Shown one piece after another: positions 10,767 to 22,019 of a DNA stretch of 64,000 nt. The notes under the pieces were generated by a model. The model was not told the origin of the DNA, made no database searches, and saw only the letters and a program-made list of their open reading frames with translations. This stretch comes from Williopsis jadinii. Lineage: Eukaryota. The stretch spans positions 1,302,001 to 1,366,000 of the forward strand of contig AP024666.1 of NCBI GenBank assembly GCA_024346625.1. Direction: 5' to 3'. Positions within the stretch are counted from its first letter, which is position 1. Every line of letters starts with the position of its first letter. The translations under genes were made by a program, and so were the position numbers.

Positions 10767-10831
10767 CCGGATTAGGAAAGTTGTAAACAAACCTCTCGTC
10801 TGAAATTGCCCGATTTGAACTGTGTAAACAA
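10767..10831. promoter_or_regulatory. Mcm1-forkhead composite element(s) upstream of ACE2
   Basis: CCGGATTAGG (CC-N6-GG, 10767-10776), 6 nt spacer, GTAAACAA (10783-10790); second GTAAACAA at 10824-10831. Confidence 0.75.
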
Positions 10832-13135
10832 GTCACAAAAACACACCGCGAAAAACAAAACGTTTCGCGAACTTGAACCCCGCGAGCCGCCTGGCCTCAT
10901 TTGGCCGACAATAACCTGTGATTTTATTAGGCGCTAGGCGTGACTTTTTAACCTGTGTGGTTTTAGGGGCGTTTCTTCAACTGTCTGGGCCTTCCTGAAC
11001 CTTTAGATCGACGAGATATTGGTTCATAGGGAGGTGGTCTTCATAGGAGAAGGCGGATGGATATGAGAGTGTCACGTGGTTTAACTTAAAGTGGCCTCGT
11101 CTATGATACTGCACCGCAATGATTGTGCTCTTGGTGGGAAACTGAACGCTGTGGTTGTGTCATCCAGTTACAACGTTTGCTTTTAAGCCTGGCATCTTGT
11201 CTAGGAAACGTGGTGTATCGTGTTCGTGTAGGATTATGTAAATGAATAGGCTGTGCGATTTATCACCAACGACTCTGCGCTGGGTTTATCTCGCTGGATG
11301 GTTATAAGTCAGTGAAAGATGCAGCGAGATCCAACTTGGGGTTTTCGACTTGATACACTCCACAGTTTCAAATACCCTCACAATGTTGACTGGTTCACAG
11401 ACCTCAACCGTAGTGTGCGGAGTGTTTCTATACAATACAGACCCCAAGGATGGATCGGTGATGTAGAATACCGTTCCAGTGAGGTCTCCGTGAAAAGGAT
11501 TGTAAAGGAATCTGGGTGGGTGTCATTGAGATACACTTTGTTTGATATTGATACCCAGCTCGTGCTGTCGTAAAGCTGAAATGGCTTCCATAACAAGCCC
11601 ATTGGGCTCAAGTGCTGCGCTTGAGTGCTGCGCTTGAGTGGCATGCGAATTCTACAGAATGAACAATGACGCAGGGATGATCTTATCGTCATCGTATAGT
11701 GCTCAGTGCGCACTCCAAGGGTCCTGGAATGGTGTGACACGACAAATGGGGGTGGTATCATCAGCTATTACGCTGTTGCTGTAGTACTGAACTCCGCTCT
11801 GGGCTCTACAGGACATGACTATCTTCATCCAGCATCCAATGTCTGAAATTCATCGTTATAAGTAACACAAGGATGTAGTCACATCAACAACAGGGCTACC
11901 ACCACGCCCCACAAGAGCTTCTAAGCCTATGCGGTTCTCAATCGTATTACAATCTCCCAGTTGTGATAATCGCCGTTCACATTTATAATCAGATTATCTG
12001 AATTATAATCAGTACGCGTCACGTGCCATCGACCCTCTATGAAAGGAAATTTTATGAAAAGTCTATCCTCTTCACTTTAAGGTTTAGACAGTCAGCTCGC
12101 TCATCTCACAATTTTCACATTATATTGATTAAGAATTATCTTGTTGTTATAATCCCATATTACCAGTGAGGTTTCATCACTACACGCACACGTCAAAAGA
12201 AGTATACCAAAACACCTCACCCAGCTATTTGGTCGTGTATTATCCTTTGTCACGTCCATATTATTTGCAAGATTATAAGCTGGACCCCGAAAAGCACACA
12301 GTGATGTAATCATATGTAGGATATACTAACATACGTACTTCATCTCCCCACCCCAGAACAGTTTACCAGGCGTGGGATGTTTATATGGTCCCATCGGACC
12401 ACCTAAAAGTGCGTAGATCTTGAGATTCCTGCAGTGTACTCTTTCAGTTCCACGCCAGACGTCCACCTTCTAACTGGTGCTTAACAAACAAGAGAACCTA
12501 ACACAGGAAGAACTCTCGATTCCATAACTCTGCTGAGTCAATGATGAAGACCACATTACTGTTATGAGCAGTTTCTAATTCAAGGGTTTAGTAAGGCGTC
12601 CGTGATAATTCACGACCTGAAATTGCAGCCTCAGCCTTTTCCTTCCGTTTGGCCTAAGTCAATGTCCCCAGTTCCACGTCCCAGTTCCAACTCTACACCG
12701 ACGTGTGTGATCCTTGATGACGCTTGTGAAAGCAGGGAACGGCACAATTCGGTGCCATATAGGGCTCATACAGCCAAATGATGTGTGTTTTGGACAGTAC
12801 TAAAGTGGTTGGTTGTAATTTTGCAACCCCGTCCCATTGTCGTATACGCTTAAGTTAAATAAACCATTAAGCGATATAACTACTAGGCGTTGTTAACGAT
12901 TGAATAAACTCATAATGATTCATATGTAACTGTAGTATTAATGAGGGAAAACGAATGGGTAAAGGTCACCAAGAAGAAGACAAAAAAGCAACTGAGCACG
13001 TAATTATGTACACTATTGTCCAATAATTATTAGAGAAATGATTATAGGGGGCCGTTGTTAATCGTGGTTGTCTATGCAGTCGTTAAATTGAGACAAAGTG
13101 AATGACGCATGAAAGTGGAAATCAACACTCTCTTT

Positions 13136-14002
13136 TTAGTTATACGTCACTGCACTTCCACTTCTCTTCAACCTCAAACTCTCTCTCTTTCTATTGCTCG
13201 TTGCGTTGAACAACTCTGGAATAACAACTTCGGCCTGTTTCATCTGTTCTTGTAATTGCTGTTGTTGAATCTGCTCGTGTAGGAAAGAAGGCTGAAGCTG
13301 TGGAGCCTGTATCTGATCTCTTGCAAACTGTGGAGGTGCTTCAAAGGAGAAATAACCACCGCTTTGTTGTGGCTCCATGCTGGTTCGAGACTCCCATGGG
13401 CTTTGTGGGGCTGTTTGGTTGAATCCACCAATCTGGTTGAACTTTGTATTGAGGTTGAGCGTTGGGAAGTTGTTGAGCGGTGTATTCACCGACGAAACCG
13501 AGTTGTTTCTGGATTGTGACATAATAATGTTGGTGCCAGATGATGAGGAGGAGCATATTGAAGATGAACGACAAAGTTGGATTAACTTTTGTCTAATGAT
13601 GGCCAGCGAGTAGTTGTTAATCTCTATACCAATCTCCATACCTTGTTCTTGGGCAGTGATTAAGGCATCCTTGGATACACGGTTCAACACCCCTGAAGGT
13701 GGGTTGTTTATCTGAAAAGGAGTAATTTCAGGGTTCGCATGGTATCTTTGATAAACGTCGTACAGATGTCTTTCAAAGACATCTGACAGCTTATAGTGGG
13801 ATGCAAATTGCTGGTATGAAAAATCCTGTTGCTGGCCCATGGGGAAGTTTGACATCGAAGAGGCAATACTCGACACTGAAGCAGTTCTTCCATAACGAGG
13901 ATGCTCCGGCCAGCTTGAGAGCTGGTCGGTTGGGGTAGACACAGGGGTAATTTCCGTCATCAGCTCGTCTGCCGAAATAGGTGGCAAGGTGTTTATCATC
14001 AT
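13136..14002 (-). CDS. CIP1: Cip1-like G1 CDK inhibitor
   Basis: RTASVSSIASSMSNF and VYQRYHANPEITPFQINNPPSGVLNRVSK match remembered S. cerevisiae Cip1 (YPL014W) blocks; CTF19 (YPL018W) lies nearby; first ATG at 14002. Confidence 0.75.
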   Translation of the reverse strand: MMINTLPPISADELMTEITPVSTPTDQLSSWPEHPRYGRTASVSSIASSMSNFPMGQQQDFSYQQFASHYKLSDVFERHLYDVYQRYHANPEITPFQINNPPSGVLNRVSKDALITAQEQGMEIGIEINNYSLAIIRQKLIQLCRSSSICSSSSSGTNIIMSQSRNNSVSSVNTPLNNFPTLNLNTKFNQIGGFNQTAPQSPWESRTSMEPQQSGGYFSFEAPPQFARDQIQAPQLQPSFLHEQIQQQQLQEQMKQAEVVIPELFNATSNRKRESLRLKRSGSAVTYN

Positions 14003-14878
14003 TTTCTCCTTCAAGTCGCTCTGTTTGAAACTGTTGATTGTTCTTGTTGCGTTGTACGTAGCAATAAAGTAGAGAAGAATGAAATAGAAAGAATAAAGGA
14101 GGATTAAGAAAGGGTATCAAATTATATTTCGTTTCCCGGGTATTCCTTCCCATCATGCAGCCCATAAAGACACATCTGAAAATCCTGGACAAAGATTTTC
14201 TTTTTAACGCTCAAACCGGAAAGTGCGACGCGAACGTGCTAGAGTTTGCTGTGCGTTTTTCGCGTTTGTCCCGTCCCTTTGAGCATTTTGTCTCTTTTTT
14301 TAATCTGGCGTTTACGCGTATCTATCAATTGGCCATCGTGTCCATTTTTAGCAATCCCCTACGCACAACGAGCAATCAATTGATGTGATGTCGTCAGATA
14401 GGGTCCTATGTCCCATGTGGGTTTATATTGATGTTCATTGTAAGCATTGCGAATTTCCATGACGCCCCCGAAGTACGTGCATTGCCTCAACTGTCATCTC
14501 TTAACTTCTCTATGTTCCCTCTTGGGCCAGGTCGTAACTTGGGAGCTGTAAAAGTACAATGCATAAGTTCAATCACGGTGCCTTACAACTGTCAAACTGG
14601 ACCCTATCAAACTTTGATGAATGGCAAGGAAATTGGCGTCTGGAATAGATTCCAAATAAGGTTAAAGTCTTGTCCAAAGTTGGCGGTGTTTTACACACGG
14701 ACATAGTATACACTGTGAGTGATTTACAGGGGGTGATTTACGATACGTCACACCGTCTGTGGTGCGATATATTTCTATACAATTTTCTGTTGAGTAGCGA
14801 GAGATATTATTACGTGTTGAGCCCAACAATTGGTTGTTAAATGAAGTTGTGTATGGCACCCTTCAGTAGTATCAAGTT

Positions 14879-14928
14879 CCGTTCTGTCTCCGTTCTGTCT
14901 CCGTTCTGTCTCCGCTCTGTCTCCGCTC
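14879..14928. repeat. 11-bp tandem repeat CCG(T/C)TCTGTCT, ~4.5 copies
   Basis: Read directly, just downstream of the MCM22-like stop codon. Confidence 0.9.
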
Positions 14929-14952
14929 ATAAGAATAGCTAGAACATGTCTC

Positions 14953-15594
14953 TCATGTCTGTTGTAGTGACCTTAGGGAGTTACGAAGTTGTCTATATCT
15001 TTGTTTCTCCTCCGCAATTTTAGCTCTTAGAGCAGTTTCATCCATTGACTGGGCACGTACGCCATCTTCAGTTCTGTCGTTTGACTCTCGACTGCGTTTC
15101 TCTTGCCTTTTGGAGAGCTCGTTAACTAACAAGTTCAGTTCATCGTTCCATCCTTTCTCAATAGCTAGTCGTTCATCCAATAGCCTTGAGTCCTTGTTCA
15201 GTTTCTCCAAAAGCTGTCTACACTCCACAACCTGGCTTTCCACTTTGTCTAGTGCCAGCACTAAGCCTATGGAATCACCACGTTCCTCCTTAAACGGTAA
15301 ACGTTCATTAGTGTACAGGACACCTTGTAACTCTTCGTCGACTGTCTCTGGGGCCTGTAACTGAAACAGAGCTTTCTTTGCTTCCCGTAAGAACTTCTTC
15401 TTTTGTATTAGATCTCTCTGCAGCTTGTCATAGTAGTGATCCTTTCGCGCATTTGTTTCTTCTTCGTGCTCTTTCACCTCTTCCTCATTGTCTTGCCTAC
15501 TTCCTGCTGGCTCATGGGACCCTTGTGAAAGCCAGTCTTTTACCCTTCTCAGCTTCAGTTCAAACTCTTCAGCTTCGTTCAATTCCGCCATCAA
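14953..15594 (-). CDS. MCM22: Inner kinetochore CENP-K/Mcm22-like coiled-coil protein, apparently lacking the C-terminal domain
   Basis: YYDKLQRDLIQKKKFLREAKKAL, PFKEERGDSIGLVL and NDELNLLVNEL align by eye with Mcm22 YIKNLENQIGNKRYFLKQAQGAI, PMFFSERADPIGFSL and NSDLKELLRKL. Confidence 0.65.
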   Translation of the reverse strand: MMAELNEAEEFELKLRRVKDWLSQGSHEPAGSRQDNEEEVKEHEEETNARKDHYYDKLQRDLIQKKKFLREAKKALFQLQAPETVDEELQGVLYTNERLPFKEERGDSIGLVLALDKVESQVVECRQLLEKLNKDSRLLDERLAIEKGWNDELNLLVNELSKRQEKRSRESNDRTEDGVRAQSMDETALRAKIAEEKQRYRQLRNSLRSLQQT

Positions 15595-15827
15595 TAATGT
15601 ATAAATCTTCCTTGGTAATCAATGTATTCTCGTCTGGTGAACGTGTTCTTCCTCTTATTTTCCCTTTGTTTACCTTTTTAGCTTTGTTGATGTTTGTTTT
15701 GTTTTCACAATTTCAAATTGCTTGTTTTCTCCCGTGTGTATTTTTTTCTCAACTTCTCTGTTTGTTGTCATCTTCTCCATAACATTCCAGGACCAAAGAA
15801 AAGAATAGCCTACTTCAAATCCTAAAC

Positions 15828-16292
15828 ATGTCACTTCCTGAGAATTACAGCATTAGAAGAATGGTGTCCTCTGATTATGACCGTGGTGTTCTCACGACGT
15901 TGGAGGCCCTTACAGTGGTGGGGACTATCTCAAAGTACCAATTCCAGGCGCTGGTAAACAAGTGGGAATCACTCGAGTTGAACAACGGTAAATTCATGTA
16001 TAACCCTACTGTGATTGTTGATGGTGATGACACCGTCGTTGCGACCGGTATGATACTCATTGAAGAGAAGTTGATCCACCAATGTGGGCTGGTTGGTCAT
16101 ATAGAGGACATTGCGGTCAGAAAAGACCAACAGGGCAAGCAACTGGGCAAGATTCTAATCAATCACTTGACGCAGATAGGTAAAGACGCTGGGTGCTATA
16201 AGATAATCCTTGACTGCGATCCAAAGAACGTGGGATTCTACGAAAAATGTGGATACAAGAATAACGGGCTAGAGATGGAGATACGACAATGA
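15828..16292 (+). CDS. GNA1: Glucosamine-6-phosphate N-acetyltransferase
   Basis: IEEKLIHQCGLVGHIEDIAV...QGKQLG...GCYKIILDC...FYEKCG GNAT motifs. Confidence 0.96.
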   Translation: MSLPENYSIRRMVSSDYDRGVLTTLEALTVVGTISKYQFQALVNKWESLELNNGKFMYNPTVIVDGDDTVVATGMILIEEKLIHQCGLVGHIEDIAVRKDQQGKQLGKILINHLTQIGKDAGCYKIILDCDPKNVGFYEKCGYKNNGLEMEIRQ

Positions 16293-16437
16293 CTATCTAC
16301 TCCCTATAAGCTCTAGTGTCTTCATTGACGAGTACGGCAACAAAAGTTTCCATTCCAATGTTATATACCCTCACCATTCCCAGGTTGTGAATGTATCGTC
16401 CACCCCCAGCACTTTTTGTGCTTATTCCATCACTGTA

Positions 16438-16820
16438 CTATATCGATTCTAGACATTCTATAGACAAGATTGAGTTTCCTCTCACCACACTTGAGCCTAT
16501 CTGTATTGGTGTTCCCGTGGAGTCCTCTGTGGCATCTTCCAGTACAATATTGAGAAATATCTAAATCCGATGGTTAGTACTTACCATGCAATGTATAGTA
16601 TAAGCCAGGAGTAAACTCACGTCGTAACCTCTTAGATTACCAGTCACTTTACGGGAACCATTCAGAGCTACCGTTACTCTTTTGTCCATATACTGAGAGG
16701 ACTCTGTTAGTGCTGCCAAAACAAGAACAGAAAACACCAAAAAGAAAAACAAGAGAGCCATTCCCACGAGTGAGCAATCACGAGTTTACATACCTTCTTA
16801 AGCTCTGGAGTGGACACCAT
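16438..16820 (-). CDS. SMX2: Sm protein G, 3 exons (16820-16794, 16692-16621, 16560-16438), 73 aa
   Basis: Spliced MVSTPELKKYMDKRVTVALNGSRKVTGNLRGYDIFLNIVLEDA...VVRGNSILSIECLESI; introns GTATGT..CTAAC..CAG and GTGAGT..TACTAAC..TAG; adjacent to GNA1 as in S. cerevisiae. Confidence 0.93.
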
Positions 16821-17109
16821 TATTATCTGTGCTATATCGTAGAGTTTCCTCGAGTTGTTTTAGCCGTTGAAATGAAACCTGTAAACCGCAAATGAAAGAA
16901 GGAAAAATCCTTCAATATGAGAGGATTACATAAGAAATTACGAAAGCGCATGTAAACGCGATCATCAATGTTCTTACGTAATGTATTACATAATATCTTA
17001 TGTAATACCTCGCGGCCCGTTTGTTTGTTTACTTTTCGATGGAGTCCATTGTACTTCTTCCTGTTGTTTCCTTCTCTTTACTGTTCCCATTCCATAGATT
17101 CGTGGGTTT

Positions 17110-18045
17110 ATGTCAGATCTTTTCAATATCGAAGGTGTCCAGTCCTCATCTCCCGTCGTGGAGACGGATAGACTGAAAGAAATACGGCTGGAAAGGGAAA
17201 ACAACACGCTGTTGGAGAAGAGAAACAGGCTGTTGAGGGAGATCGAAGAGTTGGAACTGAAATGGAATTCCTTGAACAACGATGTTTCGAGCACTGAATC
17301 CCAAAAGGAAGAGGATGAGCTGATTATGGATCTCATAAAAAAGGCATCACAGACTGGGGGCGACAACGATGATGCTCCTGACGACCCACCTGATGAGCTG
17401 GTGAAATTTGATGACTTCGCATACTCGACACTACCACTTCGGGACTGGTCGATAAGGCATGAATACCTCAGGAAGTTCTATCCGTACATTCAAGTTCTTT
17501 CACCACACTCTACACTCACATTACACTACATCGATGCCAAACCTCAAGTATTAAAGTCCCTATCATTTGTCATACAGCACAGCACATTGTTTGAGTTTGA
17601 GGTTGCTATCCTATTACGAAGCAAAGACAATATCTACAGTGTCTATGATCTGAAGTTGACAAAGACATCCAACAATAGGTTTAACACATTGCTGATCTCA
17701 ATTGCAGATCACTTCTCACAGACTAAGAACATCAACGGGTTCCTGTATACATTGAACGCTTGTTTTGAGTCGATTACCAAAAGGCACAGTACGTTCAAAG
17801 AACTGTATCAGAGATACGTCTCAGATGATTTCGAGTCAAGGCATTCAATTTACAATAACACTGTACATCTTCCTCCTATTCAACTAACTTGGGACATCGT
17901 CTTTGATCCCCATGACGGTCTGTATTCTCAACTGACTGTGAACTCACAATTTAATAGCACTTTCAAGGAGATGTTGGAATTCTATGGCTTGAAGAAGTCC
18001 ATTGCCCTACTGTTGGAGAATATCGATAATGTCTCATCACCGTAA
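17110..18045 (+). CDS. CTF19: Inner kinetochore CENP-P/Ctf19 (COMA complex)
   Basis: RLERENNTLLEKRNRLLREI, YSTLPLRDWSIRHEYLRKFYPYIQV and FYGLKKSI match remembered Ctf19 blocks (TRRNTLLQEI, YDTLPLLNMNLRLSYLR..YPHLQV, EYGVK). Confidence 0.7.
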   Translation: MSDLFNIEGVQSSSPVVETDRLKEIRLERENNTLLEKRNRLLREIEELELKWNSLNNDVSSTESQKEEDELIMDLIKKASQTGGDNDDAPDDPPDELVKFDDFAYSTLPLRDWSIRHEYLRKFYPYIQVLSPHSTLTLHYIDAKPQVLKSLSFVIQHSTLFEFEVAILLRSKDNIYSVYDLKLTKTSNNRFNTLLISIADHFSQTKNINGFLYTLNACFESITKRHSTFKELYQRYVSDDFESRHSIYNNTVHLPPIQLTWDIVFDPHDGLYSQLTVNSQFNSTFKEMLEFYGLKKSIALLLENIDNVSSP

Positions 18046-18092
18046 TATACACCTATGTACAAGTCTAACGTTTTTCAAGAACAGATGATTAA

Positions 18093-19667
18093 TTACAACT
18101 TTCCAGCACATTCACCCATCATTAAGATCAACTGCTCAACATTCTCCTTCTTCAAGGCACAAACTGGAACTATCTTCCAATCTTTACCTTCCACATATGC
18201 TCTTAATGCTTGAAACTTTTCATATGATCCTTCAATATCAGCTTTCGTAGCTGCTATGAGAACATTCTTTCCCGTTACACGATCTCCCAGCTCTTGAAGT
18301 AAGATATTAAGATCGGCAATAGGGTCATCGTTACCTAGACTGATAACAAACACCAATCCTCCAGATCTCTCAATGTGACGCAAGAAGTCGATACCCATTC
18401 CTTTGTTCTGAGATGCGCCTTTGATAATACCTGGAATATCGGCAACGGTGAATGACTCCTTATCGACCCCCAGAGGAATTGTGCCGATGGAAGGCTGCAA
18501 CGTGGTGAACTCCCAGTGGCCAACTCTAGGAGTAGCATTCGAAATGGCCCTTAGAAGAGTAGATTTACCAGCGTTGGGCAAACCGACAAGACCCAAATCA
18601 GCCAACAGCTTCAACTCGAAGAGGAAATGTGCCTCTAGATGACTTCTTCCCTTCTTCGAGAACCTTGGGTTTCTAATGTTATTGGTCAAAAAGTGCATGT
18701 TGCCCAGTCCTCCAGCTCCACCTCTCACGAGCAATATTGGCATCTCATTGGCCTTGTTGAGATCCAGTCCATTCAACGGGAATAGATCACCATGCTCTTC
18801 CGATGATATTATCTTAGAGTCGTACTTCTGCACTTTCTTATCCAACTTGACAAAATGATCCTTAGATCTATGCCACTGTTCGTCCTTATCCTTATCTTTG
18901 AACAGCCACCCTTCGCCAATGCTGTAACTATCTCTCTTGAGCTGTAACAGTGTTGGTTCATAAAGATCATCTTTCCCCTCTTTGGCAGTCATTTCCCATT
19001 CGACTTCTTCTTTCACCTCAAGTTGCTCCTTCAGAACCTTTGGATCTGGCATCCACTTGATGACAGTGCCCACAGGTACAGTTATTACAATGTCCTTACC
19101 TTTTGCACCATCGAGCTGTCTCGCCTTTCCTGGCTGTCCGTCGCCGGCGATGTAGCTCTGCTTCAACTTATTCAGCGATGTCAGTCCTTCAATGGCCTGG
19201 ACGTAGATGTCACCACCTCTACCACCATCGCCTCCATCAGGAGGCCCAACAGCACGACCAGCGTCTCGAAAGAACGAAACACAGCCATCACCACCGTTAC
19301 CAGATCTGAGCCTGATACAACGGACATCAGTGAAGCCTTGTGCCTCAGCTTTGGGCCTCTTCTTATGACTAACAGTGGAGAACTGGGAAGAGTACACATC
19401 TTTGTTCGTAAATTTCAGCGATATATCATACGAGCCGTTGTTATAGTCCTTCAGGATGGTGAACTTTGAAGACGAAACGTCGGAAAGCTCATGGAACTGA
19501 GAAGGTAGCGATTTCTGAGCTATGTCGTCCTCGTAGTAATCCAGTGATTCCAACCAGGACTCGTTCTCTTCAAGCCCAGGTGAGTGTTCCGGGAGTGAGC
19601 CAACTGACCGCCCGAGCCATCCCAGTCTCCTGGTCAACAAAGGCCCTAACGACTTGCTCAGCATCAT
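18093..19667 (-). CDS. MTG2: Mitochondrial Obg-family GTPase
   Basis: Obg fold (SGNGGDGCVSF, GPPDGGDGGRGG); G domain GLPNAGKST, FTTLQP, DIPG, TKAD; N-terminal presequence. Confidence 0.93.
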   Translation of the reverse strand: MMLSKSLGPLLTRRLGWLGRSVGSLPEHSPGLEENESWLESLDYYEDDIAQKSLPSQFHELSDVSSSKFTILKDYNNGSYDISLKFTNKDVYSSQFSTVSHKKRPKAEAQGFTDVRCIRLRSGNGGDGCVSFFRDAGRAVGPPDGGDGGRGGDIYVQAIEGLTSLNKLKQSYIAGDGQPGKARQLDGAKGKDIVITVPVGTVIKWMPDPKVLKEQLEVKEEVEWEMTAKEGKDDLYEPTLLQLKRDSYSIGEGWLFKDKDKDEQWHRSKDHFVKLDKKVQKYDSKIISSEEHGDLFPLNGLDLNKANEMPILLVRGGAGGLGNMHFLTNNIRNPRFSKKGRSHLEAHFLFELKLLADLGLVGLPNAGKSTLLRAISNATPRVGHWEFTTLQPSIGTIPLGVDKESFTVADIPGIIKGASQNKGMGIDFLRHIERSGGLVFVISLGNDDPIADLNILLQELGDRVTGKNVLIAATKADIEGSYEKFQALRAYVEGKDWKIVPVCALKKENVEQLILMMGECAGKL

Positions 19668-19902
19668 TCCAATATGCTCCAGTGTACTTGGAGCTTCATC
19701 GTGAGAGTAAATGTGTCTCGTGTACGCACCACAGCAGGAGAAAAAAATTATACGGAAAGCCCTACAAGGAGGAAAAATATTGAAGCCGAAAGCTCTATCA
19801 ATTCACCTCATTTATCGTTAACTGCGATTTTTATATTGAATATAAGCGTCTTAATCATGAGCTAATGGGTAGTCAAGTCCTATATACACACAAAAAAGCC
19901 TT

Positions 19903-21553
19903 TTAGAACTCGAAAGAGACCTTAGCACCGATTTGCTTAGCGTTCTGGACAATGTCAGCCAACTTGACAATCTTCTCAGCAGCAGAGTCCAACTCGTTAA
20001 CGGCGTAGATCTTAAGACCAGACTTGGTGATCATGTCAGCAGCCTTCTCGTAGTTTGTACCTTGCAATCTAACGACGATTGGGACCTCAACGCCCAACTT
20101 CTGGGTGGCAGAGATCAAACCTTCAGCAACGTAGTCACATCTGACAATACCACCGAAAATGTTGACAAAGATACCAGAAACGTTCTTCTCGGAGAGAATC
20201 AACTTGAAGGCGTTCTCAATGGTCTCTGGGGTGGCACCACCACCACAGTCCAAGAAGTTGGCTGGCTTACCACCGTACAAGGTGATAACATCCATGGTGG
20301 CCATGGCCAAACCGGCACCGTTAACCAAACAACCAATGTTACCGTCCAATTTGATAAAGTTCAAGTTGGACTTACCAGCCTCAACCTCGTCTGGGTCCTC
20401 TTGGGTCAAATCTCTCCAGGAGAAGACCTCCTTTTGACGGTACTCAGCGTTGTCGTCGAAACCAAACTTGGCATCCATGGCCAAAACCTTGTGGTCCACA
20501 GTCTCAGACAATGGGTTGATCTCGATTTGGGTGGCATCCTTGTCGTTGAAGATCTGGTACAACTTCTTGATGGTCTCAGCAGCCTCTGGTTGGGCGTGCT
20601 TGGTGAAACCCAAGACAGCGGCAATGTCCTTAGCCTGGGCATCAGTGACACCAGCCTCCAAGTCAACTGGGAAGGTCTTGATGGCAGATGGGTCCTTAGC
20701 AGCGACACCTTCAATGTCCATACCACCTTGAGCGGAAGCAACAATGATTGGCTTCTGGGTGGCTCTGTCCAACAAGATGGCCAAGTAAGCCTCGGTTCTG
20801 GCAAAGGCTCTCTCGACAACGTACACAGCGGTCACCTCCTTACCAGCGGCACCGGTCTGCTTGGTGATGATCTTGTGGTGCAAGAACTCCTTGGCCAAGG
20901 ACTTCACCTCCTCTGGCGAGTTGGCCAAGTGGACACCACCTTGGAAGCCGGTGTCAAAGTGACCCTTACCACGACCACCAGTCAACGCTTGAGCCTTGAC
21001 AACGAGGTCCTCGGTGTTGAGCTTCTTGGCAATGTCATAAGCACCTTCCACGGTGGTGGCGGCATCACCGTTTGGCACACCGACACCGTAGGATCTCAAC
21101 AGGGCGGCAGAGCGGTACTCGTGGATAGACAAGTTTCTCTTTTGAGAAGCGATCTAGAGGCATTGTTAGTGGAACTGATTCCTGATAAACAGGGGGCATT
21201 GACAGGGAGAGCGCTCCCTGCCGTCCCCCACGGAACTAAAAAAATGGGTGATAGATTTCCAGATGATGAGCGAAGCCACGTACACCACGGTTCAAGCCAT
21301 TGAGCCAGAACAACCCTTGAAGCCACCATGGGACTCCCCGTGCAAAGAGGGCTTCACAAGAGGCCCTCCACCGGCAATCGCAGAAAACACACTCGCGCTA
21401 CTGGGACACTAGCCCCGTACCCCGTGGAGAGCGTCGTGGACATATATCCCCCAGCTAACGAGCACGTCACCATCGCAGAACCCACCCTCCAATGCAACAC
21501 GGAAAACATACTCTTGAAGCTCTGGCAACAGAGCGGGAGGCAGCTTTGAACAT
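19903..21553 (-). CDS. LSC2: Succinyl-CoA ligase beta subunit, 2 exons (21553-21512, 21153-19903)
   Basis: Spliced MFKAASRSVARASRIASQKRNLSIHEY; KAQALTGGRGKG, NGAGLAMATMD, NIFGGIVRCD; 358-nt intron GTATGT..CACTAAC..TAG. Confidence 0.96.
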
Positions 21554-22019
21554 TTTCGAATTGATTTAAGCCTTGGAAAACTTGGAGAAGGAGAGAAAGG
21601 AGAAAAAGGAAGAAATAAATTACTTCACGGGAGAGTGAAATAGAAAAGATGTGTGGTATGTTATATAAAGGAAAAAGGGGAGGAAAGGACGACAGCCGTT
21701 CACGAATCGGTTTTTTTTTCTGGGTTTCTTTTCCTTTTGAACATTTCTTGAGATTTCTCCCAAGCGACCGAGAGGGCGCGTGTTTGGGAGACTGGGCCCA
21801 GCTCCAGCTGGGAACGCCGGTGGGCTGGAGCCCACGGGCTGGGAGCACCCACGCTGAGCCAGTGCCGTCAGACAGAGGTGTCTCCGTTCATCAGGCTGGG
21901 AGGGAAAAAAATAAGGCACAAACCCCAGCAGATTTAGCACAGTGGTGGCAAGGAGGGAGAGACCGCGAGGGTGGGTTCCAGCGGAGGATGTGTCAAGGTA
22001 TATAAATACACGGGAGGAT

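Noticed and set aside
11071..12025. GTCACGTG (CDEI/Cbf1) motifs as a point centromere (also at 23328)
   Set aside because: Not followed by a very AT-rich CDEII and a CDEIII; more likely ordinary bHLH sites.
12541..12620. Possible C/D snoRNA (ATGATGA...CTGA)
   Set aside because: Only a ~7-nt match to remembered 25S rRNA next to box D; no convincing guide without a snoscan search.
19933..21303. 456-aa + strand ORF antisense to LSC2
   Set aside because: Shadow of a strongly codon-biased gene; no recognisable motifs. The same applies to 45266-46198 opposite the permease and to the ORFs opposite VRP1 and HPC2.
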